Notes under the pieces: model-generated | Seen by the model: only the letters and a program-made list of their open reading frames with translations | The model's database searches: none | Told to the model about the DNA's origin: nothing | In this document: piece after piece, positions 13,001-23,783 of the stretch | Numbering within the stretch: position 1 is the first letter of the stretch | How the letters are laid out: every line of letters starts with the position of its first letter | Translations under genes and position numbers: made by a program | Origin: Phyllobates terribilis | Taxonomy: Eukaryota | Length of the DNA stretch: 64,000 nucleotides | NCBI RefSeq assembly: GCF_046119375.1 | Contig: NW_027362771.1 | Coordinates: 559,736,001-559,800,000, forward strand | Direction: 5' to 3'

Positions 13001-16000
13001 GGAGGGTTTTGCATCCCCACAGCATGATGATGATGATGATGCTGCTGCTGCTGCTGCTGCTGCAACCACCATGCTACACTGTGGGGATAGTGTTCTTGGA
13101 GTGATGAGCTGTGTTGATTTGGTGGCCAAAAAGTTCAATCTTGGTCTCATCTGACCACAGCTCCTTCCTCTGTACATTTGGGGAGTCTCCACTTGTCTTT
13201 TGGCAAACTCAAAACGAGCCGCACAATTTTTGTGTGAAAGTAAAGACTATTTCTGGCAATTCTTCCATAAAGGCCACCTCTATAGGGTGTACGGCTTATT
13301 GTGGTCTTATGGACAGATACTCCAGTCTCTTCTTGGGTACTCTGCAGCTCCTTTAGGGTCACCTTTTGGTCTCTGTGCTGCCTCTCTGATTAATGCTCTC
13401 CTTGCCCGGGCTCAGAGTTTTGGGTGGGCGGCCCTCTCTTGGCAGGTTTGTTGTGGTACCATGTTCTTTCCATTTGATGATAATGGATTTGATGGTGCTC
13501 CGGGGGATCATCAGATATTGCGATATATTTTTTTTATAATTCAACCCTGACTTGAACTTCTCAACAACTTTGTCCCTGACTTGTTTGGAGGTCTCCTTGG
13601 TCTTCATGGTGGTGGTGTTGTTTGGAGGTCTCCTTGGTCTTCATGGTGATGGTGTTGTTTGGAGGTCTCCTTGGTCTTCATGGTGGTGGTGTTGTTTGGA
13701 GGTCTCCTTGGTCTTCATGGTGGTGGTGTTGTTTGGAGATCTCCTTGGTCTTCATGGTGGTGGTGTTGTTTGGAGATCTCCTTGGTCTTCATGGTGGTGG
13801 TGTTGTTTGGAGGTCTCCGTGGTCTTCATGGTGGTGGTGTTGTTTGGAGATCTCCTTGGTCTTCATGGTGGTGGTGTTGTTTGGAGTCTCCTTGGTCTTC
13901 ATGGTGGTGGTGTTGTTTGGAGGTCTCCTTGGTCTTCATGGTGGTGGTTTTGTTTGGAGGTCTCCTTGGTCTTCATTGTGGTGGTGTTGTTTGGAGGTCT
14001 TATTGGTCTTCATGGTGGTGGTTTGTTTGGAGGTCTCCTTGGTCTTCATGGTGGTGGTGTTGTTTGGAGGTCTCCTTGGTCTTCATGGTGGTGGTGTTTG
14101 TTTTGGAGGTCTCCTTGGTCTTCATGGTGGTGGTGTTTGTTTGGAGGTCCCCTTGGTCTTCATGGTGGTGGTGTTGTTTGGAGGTCTCCTTGGTCTTCGT
14201 GGTGGTGTTGTTTGGAGGTCTCCGTGGTCTTCGTGGTGGTGGGTGTTTGGAGGTCTCCGTGGTCTTCATGGTGTTGTAGCCTCTGTGGCCTTTCAGAAAA
14301 GGTAAAGTGTATATACTGACAGACATGTGACCCTTAGATTGCACACAAGGGGACGTCCTGTCCCTAAGCATGTGACTTATGAAGGTGATTGCTTGCACCA
14401 GACATTTTAGGGACTTCCTAACAAAAGGGGTGAATACAGATGCACATGCCAATTTTTAGTTATTTGATCCCATACATTTTTAATTTATGCCTATATTTTT
14501 CTCACTTCACTAACTTAGACTATTTCGTGCTGATGCGTCACACACAAATCAGATAACAAAAATATTTAATCACAGGTTGTAATGTAACAAAATAGTTAAA
14601 AAAACAAACATGGGGGGTGAATACTTTCGCAAACCACAGTATAATGATTGTGACCTATCAAGTAAGAGCAGCACCTGACATTCCTATGGGTTTGGTTTGA
14701 TAATGTTACAGGGTCTGAATTTTAGCGGAGCCGACCTCTCCCGTCTGGACCTGCGATATATCAATTTCAAGATGGCGAATCTCAGCAGCTGCAACCTGAC
14801 GCAAGCCAACCTGTGTGGAGCCTGCCTGGAGCGGGCCGACCTGTCCGGATCTATGCTGGATGTAAGCTGGGAGGGTGGGATGAGGGGCGCAATGTCGCCT
14901 AATATAAAACCATGGGGTTAGTCTCCCAACCAGAGAGGATTCCTGTGACTGAGAACAGACCGGCTGTGTCCTCTTTATTATTAAGGGTATGTGCACACGA
15001 TGCAGAAATGAAGCAGAAATTTCTGCATCTCCCTGTCAGAAAAAACGCATGCAGATTGACAAGTTATTTCCAGGCGATTTTAGCATCACTTGGAAAGTGC
15101 TTGACGACTAGGTTACACTATATAAATCCATGCAACCAGCATGGATTTATATAGTGTGACCCGAGAGAGTGGTAAAAATAAAAAATAAATGTATACTTTA
15201 CCCTCTGATGGCCCGCGCTGTCCTGCTTTACACTCCGTTCTCCCTCGCCGGCAACTTTGAATTGAAAGACCTGCTGACGTCAGCGTCACGTGACCCGTCA
15301 CATGACTCTGACGTCAGCGCAGGTCCTTCAACTCACTGCAAAGTGCCGGAACCAAGCGGGAGCGGTGCGCGGGCCGACAGAAGGTAAGTATACATTTATT
15401 TTTATTTTATTCTTTTTTTACAGCTTTTTTAATGGTACCTGGGTGTGGATGAGACTCTCCTCTCCTCCACACCCGGGTACCATCCGCATATTAGAACGCG
15501 CCAATAGCGCAAGTACAAATGCAGTCTTGCGGAATTGGCGCATTCTAATGCAAGTCAATGGCGGCAAAAACGCCGCGTTTACGCAAATTAATTGACATGC
15601 TGCGGATTTTTGAGCGCAGTGTTTACGCTGCGGAAAAATGCGCATCATGGGCACAGCACATGCGGATTTCAATTGGGGAACATTGCTGCCCTTCTACCAT
15701 GCGTTTTTAATGCGTTTCCGCGGCGTTTACGCAACTGCAAAACGCCACGGAAACGCATTAAATACGCATCGTGTGAACTCTGCCTAATGGTGTTTTCTTA
15801 CCTAGGGAGCCAATCTGCAGGGGGTGAAGATGCTCTGCTCCAACGCAGAAGGTGCCTCGCTAAAAAGCTGCAACTTCGAAGACCCTTCAGGCCTGAAGGC
15901 AAATTTGGAAGGTTAGAAACCAAGAAATGTCACAATAAGGGGCTGGACAAGGGGTATATAGGCCTCTGCTTAGGGCGCCATTGGTAGGAAAATTGTGCAA

Positions 16001-18353
16001 GTGCCTTTAAAAAAGACCTATCACCAGGTCAAAAGTGGTCATGTTTGTACAGGAAGAAGCATGTACTCAGGCGAAACAGCTGTTCTACAGAAACATGAAC
16101 AAACAAGCATCTGTTTAGCATGAGTACATGCTTCTTCCTACTCTCGGCCCTGAAGAAGCATGCATTCACGCGAAACAGCTGTTTGTTTGTTGCTGTCTCT
16201 GCTCCTCACCTGATGACCGAATAAAGATGCCATTCTATTTTATGCCATTAAATCAGCCATACAGTTGCAGAGATATGGGATTTTATATTTGCTGCTAATT
16301 TTTATGGTCGTTACAAGATTTAAAAAAAAAAGAATATTATAAACTTATAAAGCGATTTTTGGTTTTGTTTTTTTTTTTTTTTTTTTTTAGAAATCCCTTG
16401 CTAAATTCTTATGCTAATGACCCACAAGTGCAGTGGGCCGGCGCTGCACTTACAGCTTTACTTTCTTTCTCCCTATTCCCCGCCCGCTGCCTGCCTCCTG
16501 TCTATGACTGACAGGTCACTCATGTTTCAGTCTCCTGCCAGAGACAAAAGGCAGATGGCAGGGAATAAGGAGAGAGAGAAGGAAGGGCGGTGAGTGCAGC
16601 GTGGGAGGGCGGTGAGTGCAGCGTGGGAGGGCAGGGAGAGCTGTGAGTGCAGCGTGGGAGGGCAGGGAGAGCTGTGAGTGCAGCGTGGGAGGGCAGGGAG
16701 AGCTGTGAGTGCAGCGTGGGAGGGCAGGGAGAGCTGTGAGTGCAGCGTGGGAGGGCAGGGAGAGCTGTGAGTGCAGCGCTTCGCTCACTGTACTTGTGAC
16801 TCGTTAGCATACAATTTCACCTATGGATTTCTCTAAAACAGCAAAATGTGTTTGGACAAGAAAGTTAAGGAAAGTTACTCAGCATGTGCCTTTACATACA
16901 TACAATTAGTTTGGGGTATAAAATCCCGGTAACTTAGTTTATACCACGATCAACATTTATTGTGTGTCCACCGAATAGGTTATAAGTATACGATCACTGG
17001 GGGTCCAACCACTGGGACCCACACTCATGTTGAATACAGCGGTGCCGTGTCGTCCGTGTGAATGAAGTATTAGTATTCATGCGTGACTATTGCTGTACTC
17101 ACTGCCTATGGAAGCGGTGGCCATAGATACATAAATGTGAGTGGAGTAGTGGCCACTACCTGTGCATTCGACATATTTCATTGATCAGTCAAGGTCTCAG
17201 CGGTCATATATTTCTCACCAATTCTGTTATAAATGTGGTTAGTTGGAGACCACTTTTAACAAACTATTTTGCTAAACTTTAGGCAACAGGGGATGGGAGG
17301 CAAATTCTTGCAAGAATGGATTTCAGCTTACCGCCGGCTCCAGCAGACAGTGCCGCTCTGCTGTAGCCACTGGTCATAGCTGCGCCCTAACACAGCGGAG
17401 GACATTGAAGAAAGGCAGGAGGAGACTGGCCCGCAGTTGTTACCCACTGGTGTAACCATCTGTTTGCTAGGGGTCCTGACTCTTGCGGTGACGAGACCAC
17501 CCCTTTAACTCAATAATTCCTTACCACCACTTGAGCTGATGAAAGTAGAATAGTGAATCGCCAATTCCTAAGATGAGTCTGTTTTATCTCAAAAATGGAG
17601 AAATTCAGGTGAATACTAAGCTGATTCTCATTGTTCCTACTTCCAGGTGCTAATCTGAAAGGTGTGGACATGGAGGGCAGTCAGATGACCGGGATAAACC
17701 TGAGGGTGGCAACCTTGAAGAACGCCAAGTTGAAGAATTGCAACCTGCGTGGTGCCACCTTGGCAGGAACAGACCTGGAGGTAAGAGGGGCAAAGCTCAT
17801 TTGACAGGGTCAGTCCTATAGGTGCCAAATTATGGTAAAGCCGGCCGAATCCTGCAGAATTGGCAGATCGTATGTACGGGTTACTCCCCACTTTCCCCTT
17901 TACCAAGTCGGGGGGAGAAAAGTATTGGGTATATTGAGTGAACCCCTTAACGACCTGTGACATATGGTCTCAAGCAGTCCAGTTGGTGTGTGGAGCGGGC
18001 TCAGGAGCTGAGCCTGCTCTTTACATGGCAGGTGTCGGCTGTGTGTTGAGTGGCATTTGTGTGGTCTGATTCTGGTGGGGCGTTTGGAGCTTCCATCACA
18101 AAACCATTGGGAGCAGGGTGCCGAACTGAGCATGGACATGTGCGAGGGAGTAGCTTCTGGTGGAACCTATGTTCTTCTGACCCCTTTGAGACTTTTTACC
18201 TAATTAAACACTAATTAATTTACTTTCGTCCTCTAGAACTGCGACCTGTCCGGCTGCGACCTCCAGGAAGCCAATCTCCGAGGGTCCAATGTAAAAGGAG
18301 CAATATTTGAAGAGATGCTGACGCCACTACACATGTCACAGAGTGTCAGATAG
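5354..18353 (+). CDS. KCTD9: BTB/POZ domain-containing protein KCTD9, complete, 12 exons, 390 aa (N-terminal domain, BTB, pentapeptide repeats)
   Basis: Twelve GT-AG exons total 1173 nt in frame, from [16 protein letters not shown] to [11 protein letters not shown]. They include [40 protein letters not shown] and [24 protein letters not shown]. Confidence 0.97.
6472..6596 (+). CDS. KCTD9: KCTD9 exon 2
   Basis: ctgcag|[42 protein letters not shown]|GTAATG. Confidence 0.95.
7027..7078. repeat. (AT)n microsatellite; others at about 6124-6148 and 52166-52198
   Basis: Uninterrupted TA dinucleotide runs. Confidence 0.95.
8361..8404 (+). CDS. KCTD9: KCTD9 exon 3
   Basis: ttttctag|[14 protein letters not shown]|GTGAGT. 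Confidence 0.93.
8597..8693 (+). CDS. KCTD9: KCTD9 exon 4
   Basis: tcccag|...[18 protein letters not shown]|GTGCGG. Confidence 0.95.
8783..8841 (+). CDS. KCTD9: KCTD9 exon 5
   Basis: ctccag|[19 protein letters not shown]|GTAGGT. Confidence 0.95.
10277..10405 (+). CDS. KCTD9: KCTD9 exon 6
   Basis: tctcag|[42 protein letters not shown]|GTGAGC. Confidence 0.96.
10493..10560 (+). CDS. KCTD9: KCTD9 exon 7
   Basis: ttgcag|[22 protein letters not shown]|GTGAGT. Confidence 0.96.
11672..12029. mobile_element. TTAA-flanked foldback MITE, palindromic along nearly its full length
   Basis: TTAA|GAGGGTATTC ... GAATACCCCT|TTAA; about 165-bp inverted arms around a short centre. Confidence 0.78.
12231..12326 (+). 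CDS. KCTD9: KCTD9 exon 8
   Basis: atgtag|[32 protein letters not shown]|GTGGGA. Confidence 0.96.
12911..14639 (-). mobile_element. Tc1/mariner DNA transposon, defective, in KCTD9 intron 8
   Basis: TA|CAGTGGCTTGCGAAAGTATTCACC ... GGTGAATACTTTCGCAAACCACAG|TA TIRs with TA target site; - strand transposase remnant [21 protein letters not shown]...[13 protein letters not shown]. Confidence 0.92.
13583..14275. repeat. 37-bp minisatellite, about 19 copies, inside the Tc1
   Basis: Unit GTTTGGAGGTCTCCTTGGTCTTCATGGTGGTGGTGTT; starts at 13583, 13620, ... Confidence 0.95.
14712..14861 (+). CDS. KCTD9: KCTD9 exon 9 (pentapeptide repeats)
   Basis: ttacag|[50 protein letters not shown]|GTAAGC. Confidence 0.96.
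14985..15784. mobile_element. Palindromic MITE with TAA target duplication (PIF/Harbinger-like), KCTD9 intron 9
   Basis: TAA|GGGTATGTGCACACGATGC ... GCATCGTGTGAACTCTGCC|TAA. Confidence 0.65.
15806..15911 (+). CDS. KCTD9: KCTD9 exon 10
   Basis: cctag|[35 protein letters not shown]|GTTAGA. Confidence 0.96.
16590..16778. repeat. 31-bp minisatellite in KCTD9 intron 10
   Basis: Unit GTGAGTGCAGCGTGGGAGGGCAGGGAGAGCT; GTGAGT at 16590, 16612, 16643, 16674, 16705, 16736, 16767. Confidence 0.95.
17647..17780 (+). CDS. KCTD9: KCTD9 exon 11
   Basis: ttccag|[44 protein letters not shown]|GTAAGA. Confidence 0.96.
18237..18353 (+). CDS. KCTD9: KCTD9 exon 12 (terminal coding part)
   Basis: ctctag|[41 protein letters not shown]. 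Confidence 0.96.
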   Translation, partial: NCDLSGCDLQEANLRGSNVKGAIFEEMLTPLHMSQSVR

Positions 18354-19086
18354 AGCGTTCACCTCTCGATCGGTGGTGTACTGGATCCTCCCAGCTTCCC
18401 GCACATAGTCCTGGGGCAGACATTTAATCTCTGTACTGTAATCATCTCTTCTCACTGATTTTCTCTGGGGATGGGGGGCACACATGTGGTGGTGCATGGC
18501 AGCCCTAGCCTGTTACACCCGCCTCGCTGCTTTAGTGAATCCTGGCCTGAGGTGCCGAGCTGGCAGGAAAGTGTATGGTGCCAACCAGCTCAACCGCTCA
18601 GCACTAATCTGATACCACAATGTTGGGTCGCCAAGGGGTTAAACCCTTTACTTATCAGCTGCTGGAAAGTTTGGAAACTTTCTGTTGGTTGTTAAGGGGT
18701 TGTCTATTCTTTTATTTTTTGGAGTTTGCCAAACTGCGTGCAAACTTGTACTCTATGCATATACAATCTGTGTTGTGTAGCACAATAGTTATCGTATGTA
18801 TAGGAACCAAACGGTCGTGGTTTTCGGCCGACGAAGACCAAATATAGGATATAAGTACAGAAAGAGAGGGGTGGAAGGGACTTCTAGGACCCATGTAGCA
18901 CATCTGGGATAGGGGGAGGGTAGAGAAGTCCTATCATAGCTGTATCGCCCCGTGTTCTGCGGCCTAGCCGCCATGGGGTTACTCGGTGCCTTATGTGATC
19001 TGTCACAGCTGCTTCTGAAGCTCTTTCTCAGTTATGCAAAATGACAGTATAAAATGCTGAACTGTTACCCTCCACCCTATATATTC

Positions 19087-19092
19087 AATAAA
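19087..19092 (+). terminator. Probable KCTD9 polyadenylation signal
   Basis: AATAAA about 730 nt after the stop, followed by GT/T-rich downstream sequence. Confidence 0.6.
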
Positions 19093-19259
19093 TATTTTTG
19101 GAAGGATTTCAGTGTGTGATCAATTTCTTTTTGCTTCTATTATATATTTTGATTTTTTTTTTTTTTTTTTTTCTCCAAGTACAGCGCTTTATGTGGTTGT
19201 GTTTGGTATTGCAGTTCAGCCCTATTCCTCGGGGTGCAGTTTGTGCACCCCTTCTTTAA

Positions 19260-19741
19260 AGGGTTATTCCCATCTTCATAGATGAGTATTGTTGGTTAGT
19301 GCTTGGGGGGGGGGGGGGGACATGTTTTCGATTTACTGTTTCTTAAAATGTTCTGCTGTTCTTGAAATATTAACATTTTGCTTCTTTTTTGTTTACAACT
19401 TGTTACCTAGGAGACCGACCACCACAGCCGTTTAGCTGAGGTAGCCAAACACTCGCAGTGCTTACCAGTATTTCTCTATTGAGCTTGTCAGCACTGCTTT
19501 GAAGGTGGCCAGGATCGCTGGAGTGCTCTGTTACCTCCTAATCCCGGCCGGCTTTAGCACAGTGCGCACAAGCTTAGGCAGCAGCGGTGGTCGGTCTCCA
19601 AGGCAATGAAATGTAAACAAATGAAAAATATTGATATCTCAAGAACGGCTCCAAATTTTTAATAAACTGTAAATTGCAAAATTGCTTCTTTTTACAAGCC
19701 CTATCCAACAATGGCCATATACGAAGATGGGAATAACCCTT
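19260..19741. mobile_element. TTAA-flanked MITE downstream of KCTD9; a related copy lies at about 9715-10128
   Basis: TTAA|AGGGTTATTCCCATCTTC ... GAAGATGGGAATAACCCTT|TTAA; shares the CCTAGGAGACCGACCACC core with the intron-5 copy. Confidence 0.75.
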
Positions 19742-20782
19742 TTAAGGATTTATGGGGGCCAGTGATGTCTCCCAGTCTATTTTCATTAGTAACAGCCTCG
19801 TGTTGCGTATGACTAAAGGCTGCAAGGCACGAAGGCTCATTCCTGCATTTATTTTGAGATCCAACCACTGTCGTGTGTTACGGACCATGTGATCCTGGCC
19901 TTTAGCCATAGTGTATGGGCAGCTTACGCTATGTCTTAAAGGGACCCTATCACCTTGGGAAACTATGTGCACATAGGGTTAATCTGCAGGTAAATAGTGT
20001 TACAATGCTGCCTAGCCGCCTTACTGAAATTGCGGCTACCAGAAGAAAATGAACTTATTTCCTCCCAGGAGCCGCCGGCTTTCAGTCACTGAGGGACACA
20101 ATGAGGAGCAGTTACAATCAGTACAAACTATTCTGTGCACCCAGCGGCTCAGTATGCTGTGAGCCGCGGCTGTAAGCACTCCCCGCCATTTTGATTGATA
20201 GTCGGCTCTGCAGCGCATCTATACAGAGAGAGCTGTCAATCAAAGTGCCGCCCCTTTGACTGAAAGCCAGCGGCTCCCGGGAGAAAATATGTTCATTTTT
20301 TTTTTTACCCCAGTAAGGCGGCAGGGCAGCATTGTAACACTACTAATCTGCAGTTAACCCTATATCTTTAGGTAAATAGCATTTTCCAAAGGAACAGATT
20401 CCTGTGTATTCTACCCTTACAGGTAATTATGTATTGTCATATAGACAGATAACAAGTAGATTATGTTATGCATTAAAGGGCTAAGTCGGGTTCAGAAAAT
20501 TAATTAAAAAAAAAAAAATCTGCAAAAATATCATCCATGCAATTTTTTTTACCATTTTAAATGAAAAAACCTACAGAATGCAATTCCATGGGCTAATGGC
20601 TTTTTTTAATGCTTTACCCTGTACAAAAAAAAAAATGCATATAAATTAAATGACTTGTCCCTCTAATAGCCTAAAAAAATAAAATATGTGGCTGTCAAGG
20701 AGCCAATAAAAAAAAAAAAGATTTTCAGGTCATGTGGAGAGATGACACGACACAAACGTCTAAAGCTTTTCCCGTGAAGCAT

Positions 20783-20960
20783 TAATCCCGCTGTGGCTAA
20801 ATTAATCTGGATTAACCTGTAGGGAAGTTTTAGATTAATGGGGTCAATGTGATCTCTTCACCGCAAGAGCGTTGTTTGTGCTGCTTCTTAAATAGCGGGT
20901 GACGAGTGCTGGGCGACAGACCGTGCCTGGCAGAAGTGCTGCTGTCACCTGTACGACCAG
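20783..20960 (+). promoter_or_regulatory. Candidate GNRH1 proximal promoter and non-coding exon 1
   Basis: TAATCC 20783, TAATCT 20803, GGATTA 20809, AGATTA 20832; TTAAATA TATA-like at 20888; consensus donor CAG|GTAAGT at 20960/20961; unique, non-repetitive-looking sequence between KCTD9 and the GNRH1 coding exons. Confidence 0.55.
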
Positions 20961-23783
20961 GTAAGTGCCCGCTCCTCTACCAGCAGTGTAAAGGGCCGGA
21001 TGCAATCAGATTTTACTAGTCTCTGGGCTTTCCAGGTCTGGATAAATAATTTTCTGCGCTAAATAAAAATGGAAGCAAGGGTTAAAGGGATTTTATGATT
21101 TTGGGGAAAAAAAAAAGTGCTTTACTCACCATCCCCTGGTGCATCACTGTCTGTTACTGTCAGGTCAGTAGCGCTACAGCCAATCAGTGAGCTCAGCAGC
21201 TCGTGCTATGTACTCGGACAGAGGCGCTGAACTCACTGGCTGCAGCATTGCAGGCAGAAACGGAGACTTAGCGCTGGACCAGGGGAAGATGAGTAAAACA
21301 CGATGTGTTTTGTTTCTTAAAACAAACCGGCAAGGGGTTTTCCGAAACTCCTAGGGATATATTACCAATAGCAACCAATCACAGCGCAGCTTTTATTTTT
21401 CAAAAGCAGAATATGAAATGAAAGCTGGATTCTGATTGGTTGCTATCGGCAACAGATAAAAACCTCTTATCTTTTAGGCCGATTTCTAATTCTCCCTCGC
21501 GATGTGTAAAGATGTCTGTCACGTTAACAGACCGTATCAATCACTAGAGAATCAAACCGAGGATAAAGCTCGAGAGCAGGATCCTAAAATGTGCCCAGCT
21601 TGTATACGTGGTCTCTGGCCATTTGCAGCAGCCGCATTGTGGCATCCCAACCCTCATCATTGCAGACTAGACCCAATAATATGAGTGTAATCAACTAACC
21701 CAGGTCCATGTCACCTTCATCACCGCATCTTGTCACACGTCCATCTCCTCCTCTCTCCCTAATTTTAAAGTGCTGTCTCTTTCTTGAAGTCTTTGTCTCG
21801 GGTCACCACCACCTGCCACTCAATGGTTAAAAAAAAAAAACACTTTTTTTCTCCCCTCTACCTCACTACACGACTTAAAGGGGGATTCCCCTTTAAAGTT
21901 AATATTAATCAATATTAATAGATCTTGGAATAATAATAATTTCCACAATTGGATGTGTTTAAATAAAATGTTCCCGTGCTGAGATAATCTTATAAATGTG
22001 CCCCTGCTGTGTACTGTGTAATGGCTGTGTCTGACCGTGCAGGAACATGGTCTGATCATACCACATCTCCTGGGCAGGGGAGGAAGGAAAAGAGTATACA
22101 GACAGTACAGCAGGGGATCACAGCTGATTCTTTCTGTGAGGTAAAACATTGTTTAAAAACAGGCAGGGAAATGTTTTACCTCCCAAGAAAGAATCAGCTG
22201 TGACATTTATAAGATTATCTCGGCACAGGAACATTTTATTTAAACACATCCAATTGTGGAAATTATTATTATTTCATTTTAATCAATAGATCTTGAACTT
22301 TCGTTTGTGGGAAACAAACGAAGCACCCCATACACAATAGTGTAACATCAACTAAACGCCCCCCCCCAATATCAACAGTCCAATGTGCATGAGGACCCCC
22401 GACATATGACTGTGGGGGGAGATGAGGATGCGACATGTCCGATTTCAGACGACAGATCCTTGAGATAAGCCGCCATCAGAGACGTCTGGCAAACTCTGCC
22501 TAATAGAGCACAGATGAGCACTCGCTCTCCGGTGTATGAGAGAGTCGGGTGAGATAGTTGCCGGCCGGTATACCGTTCAGCCAACAGCCATCCAAACCGT
22601 ATTGGGGGCTTTAGGGTTCATCTGTGAGGGCTTATGTCCGAGCACCCCACAAAATGGTATTCAGGCATATGAGCTGACGAGGCAATTTACTGGAATGGTG
22701 CCAACAGAGTCATTGTGTGCTCTGTCGTGCATCATTTTCAGAGGTCGATGCCTTCTGGAGGTGAACACCCAGACGCAGTCTACTATGTAAGAGTGTCCTC
22801 CTCCAGTAGGCGTATATGCCCGAAAATGATGGACGACAGAGCACACAATGACTGTCGGCACCATTCTAGTAAATGGCCTCATCGGCACATATGCCTGAAT
22901 ACCATTTTGCGGGGGATTCAGACGTAAGCACTGATGGGACCACTGTGTGTGGGGAAGAACGCAGTGTGAAAGAGCCCTTATTCTCCAACTAGAGCCAAAA
23001 CATCTCCTTTTTTGGGGTCAGAACATCTCACAATAGTGGTCTTGTTAGTACCTGCCAAAAGTAGTCCAAGGAAGTGGTCCAAGTAAATTTGCAGCAGGGT
23101 CATGAGTGCCAAAAGCTCATTGATGCACATGGAGAGTGACTTAAAACGCAGCACACATCAGGACCACCACCTCAATTACTATCCATGAATCTCACTCTCT
23201 TCCTGATAGTCACCATGGCTTCCATACCACCCTTGCTGTAGTCCTCTCAATACTCACACAACTGGACGGGAGCCCTCATGTTCCCTAGCTTTGTGCTCCA
23301 GGTCCTCACTCTTACTGTGCCCATTCACATAACTAATCGTTCCCCTCCTGGTCACTAACGCTGTACCCAAAGTCCTTGTCCAGACAGTGCCCACTCTCAC
23401 AACCGGACAGTCCCCTCCTGATCACTTTCCTGTCTCCAAATGTCTTTAGCCAAGTGGCTGCTACAAGTGGAGATCCTCGTTTCTCTCTCTCACTCTGTAA
23501 GAGCTCATTCACGCATCTAATTTTTCTGCGGACAAGAAAAACGGACTGATTATTCTGATCAGAGTTTGGTCCGAGAGTCATCCATTTCTCGTATATGTAG
23601 AAATTAAGAAAAAAAAAAAAATTTCTCCACCTGCTCCATTGAAATAGGGCCACACTCAGATGTCATCCAAGTGCAGTTTGATTTTTTTTTTTTTCACCCA
23701 TTGACTTGCGTTGTGATTTTGATCTGACTCTCGGATCGGATGTTTTATCTCTCTTTCCATATAGTGATTTTTCTCTGTTTATC

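Noticed and set aside
13552-14319. Hydrophobic repeat ORFs ([15 protein letters not shown]…) as membrane proteins
   Set aside because: They are translations of the 37-bp array on the antisense strand of a Tc1.
14712-18353. Pentapeptide-repeat exons as a horizontally acquired bacterial Qnr/MfpA-like gene
   Set aside because: They are spliced in frame to the BTB exons and are the normal C-terminal half of vertebrate KCTD9.
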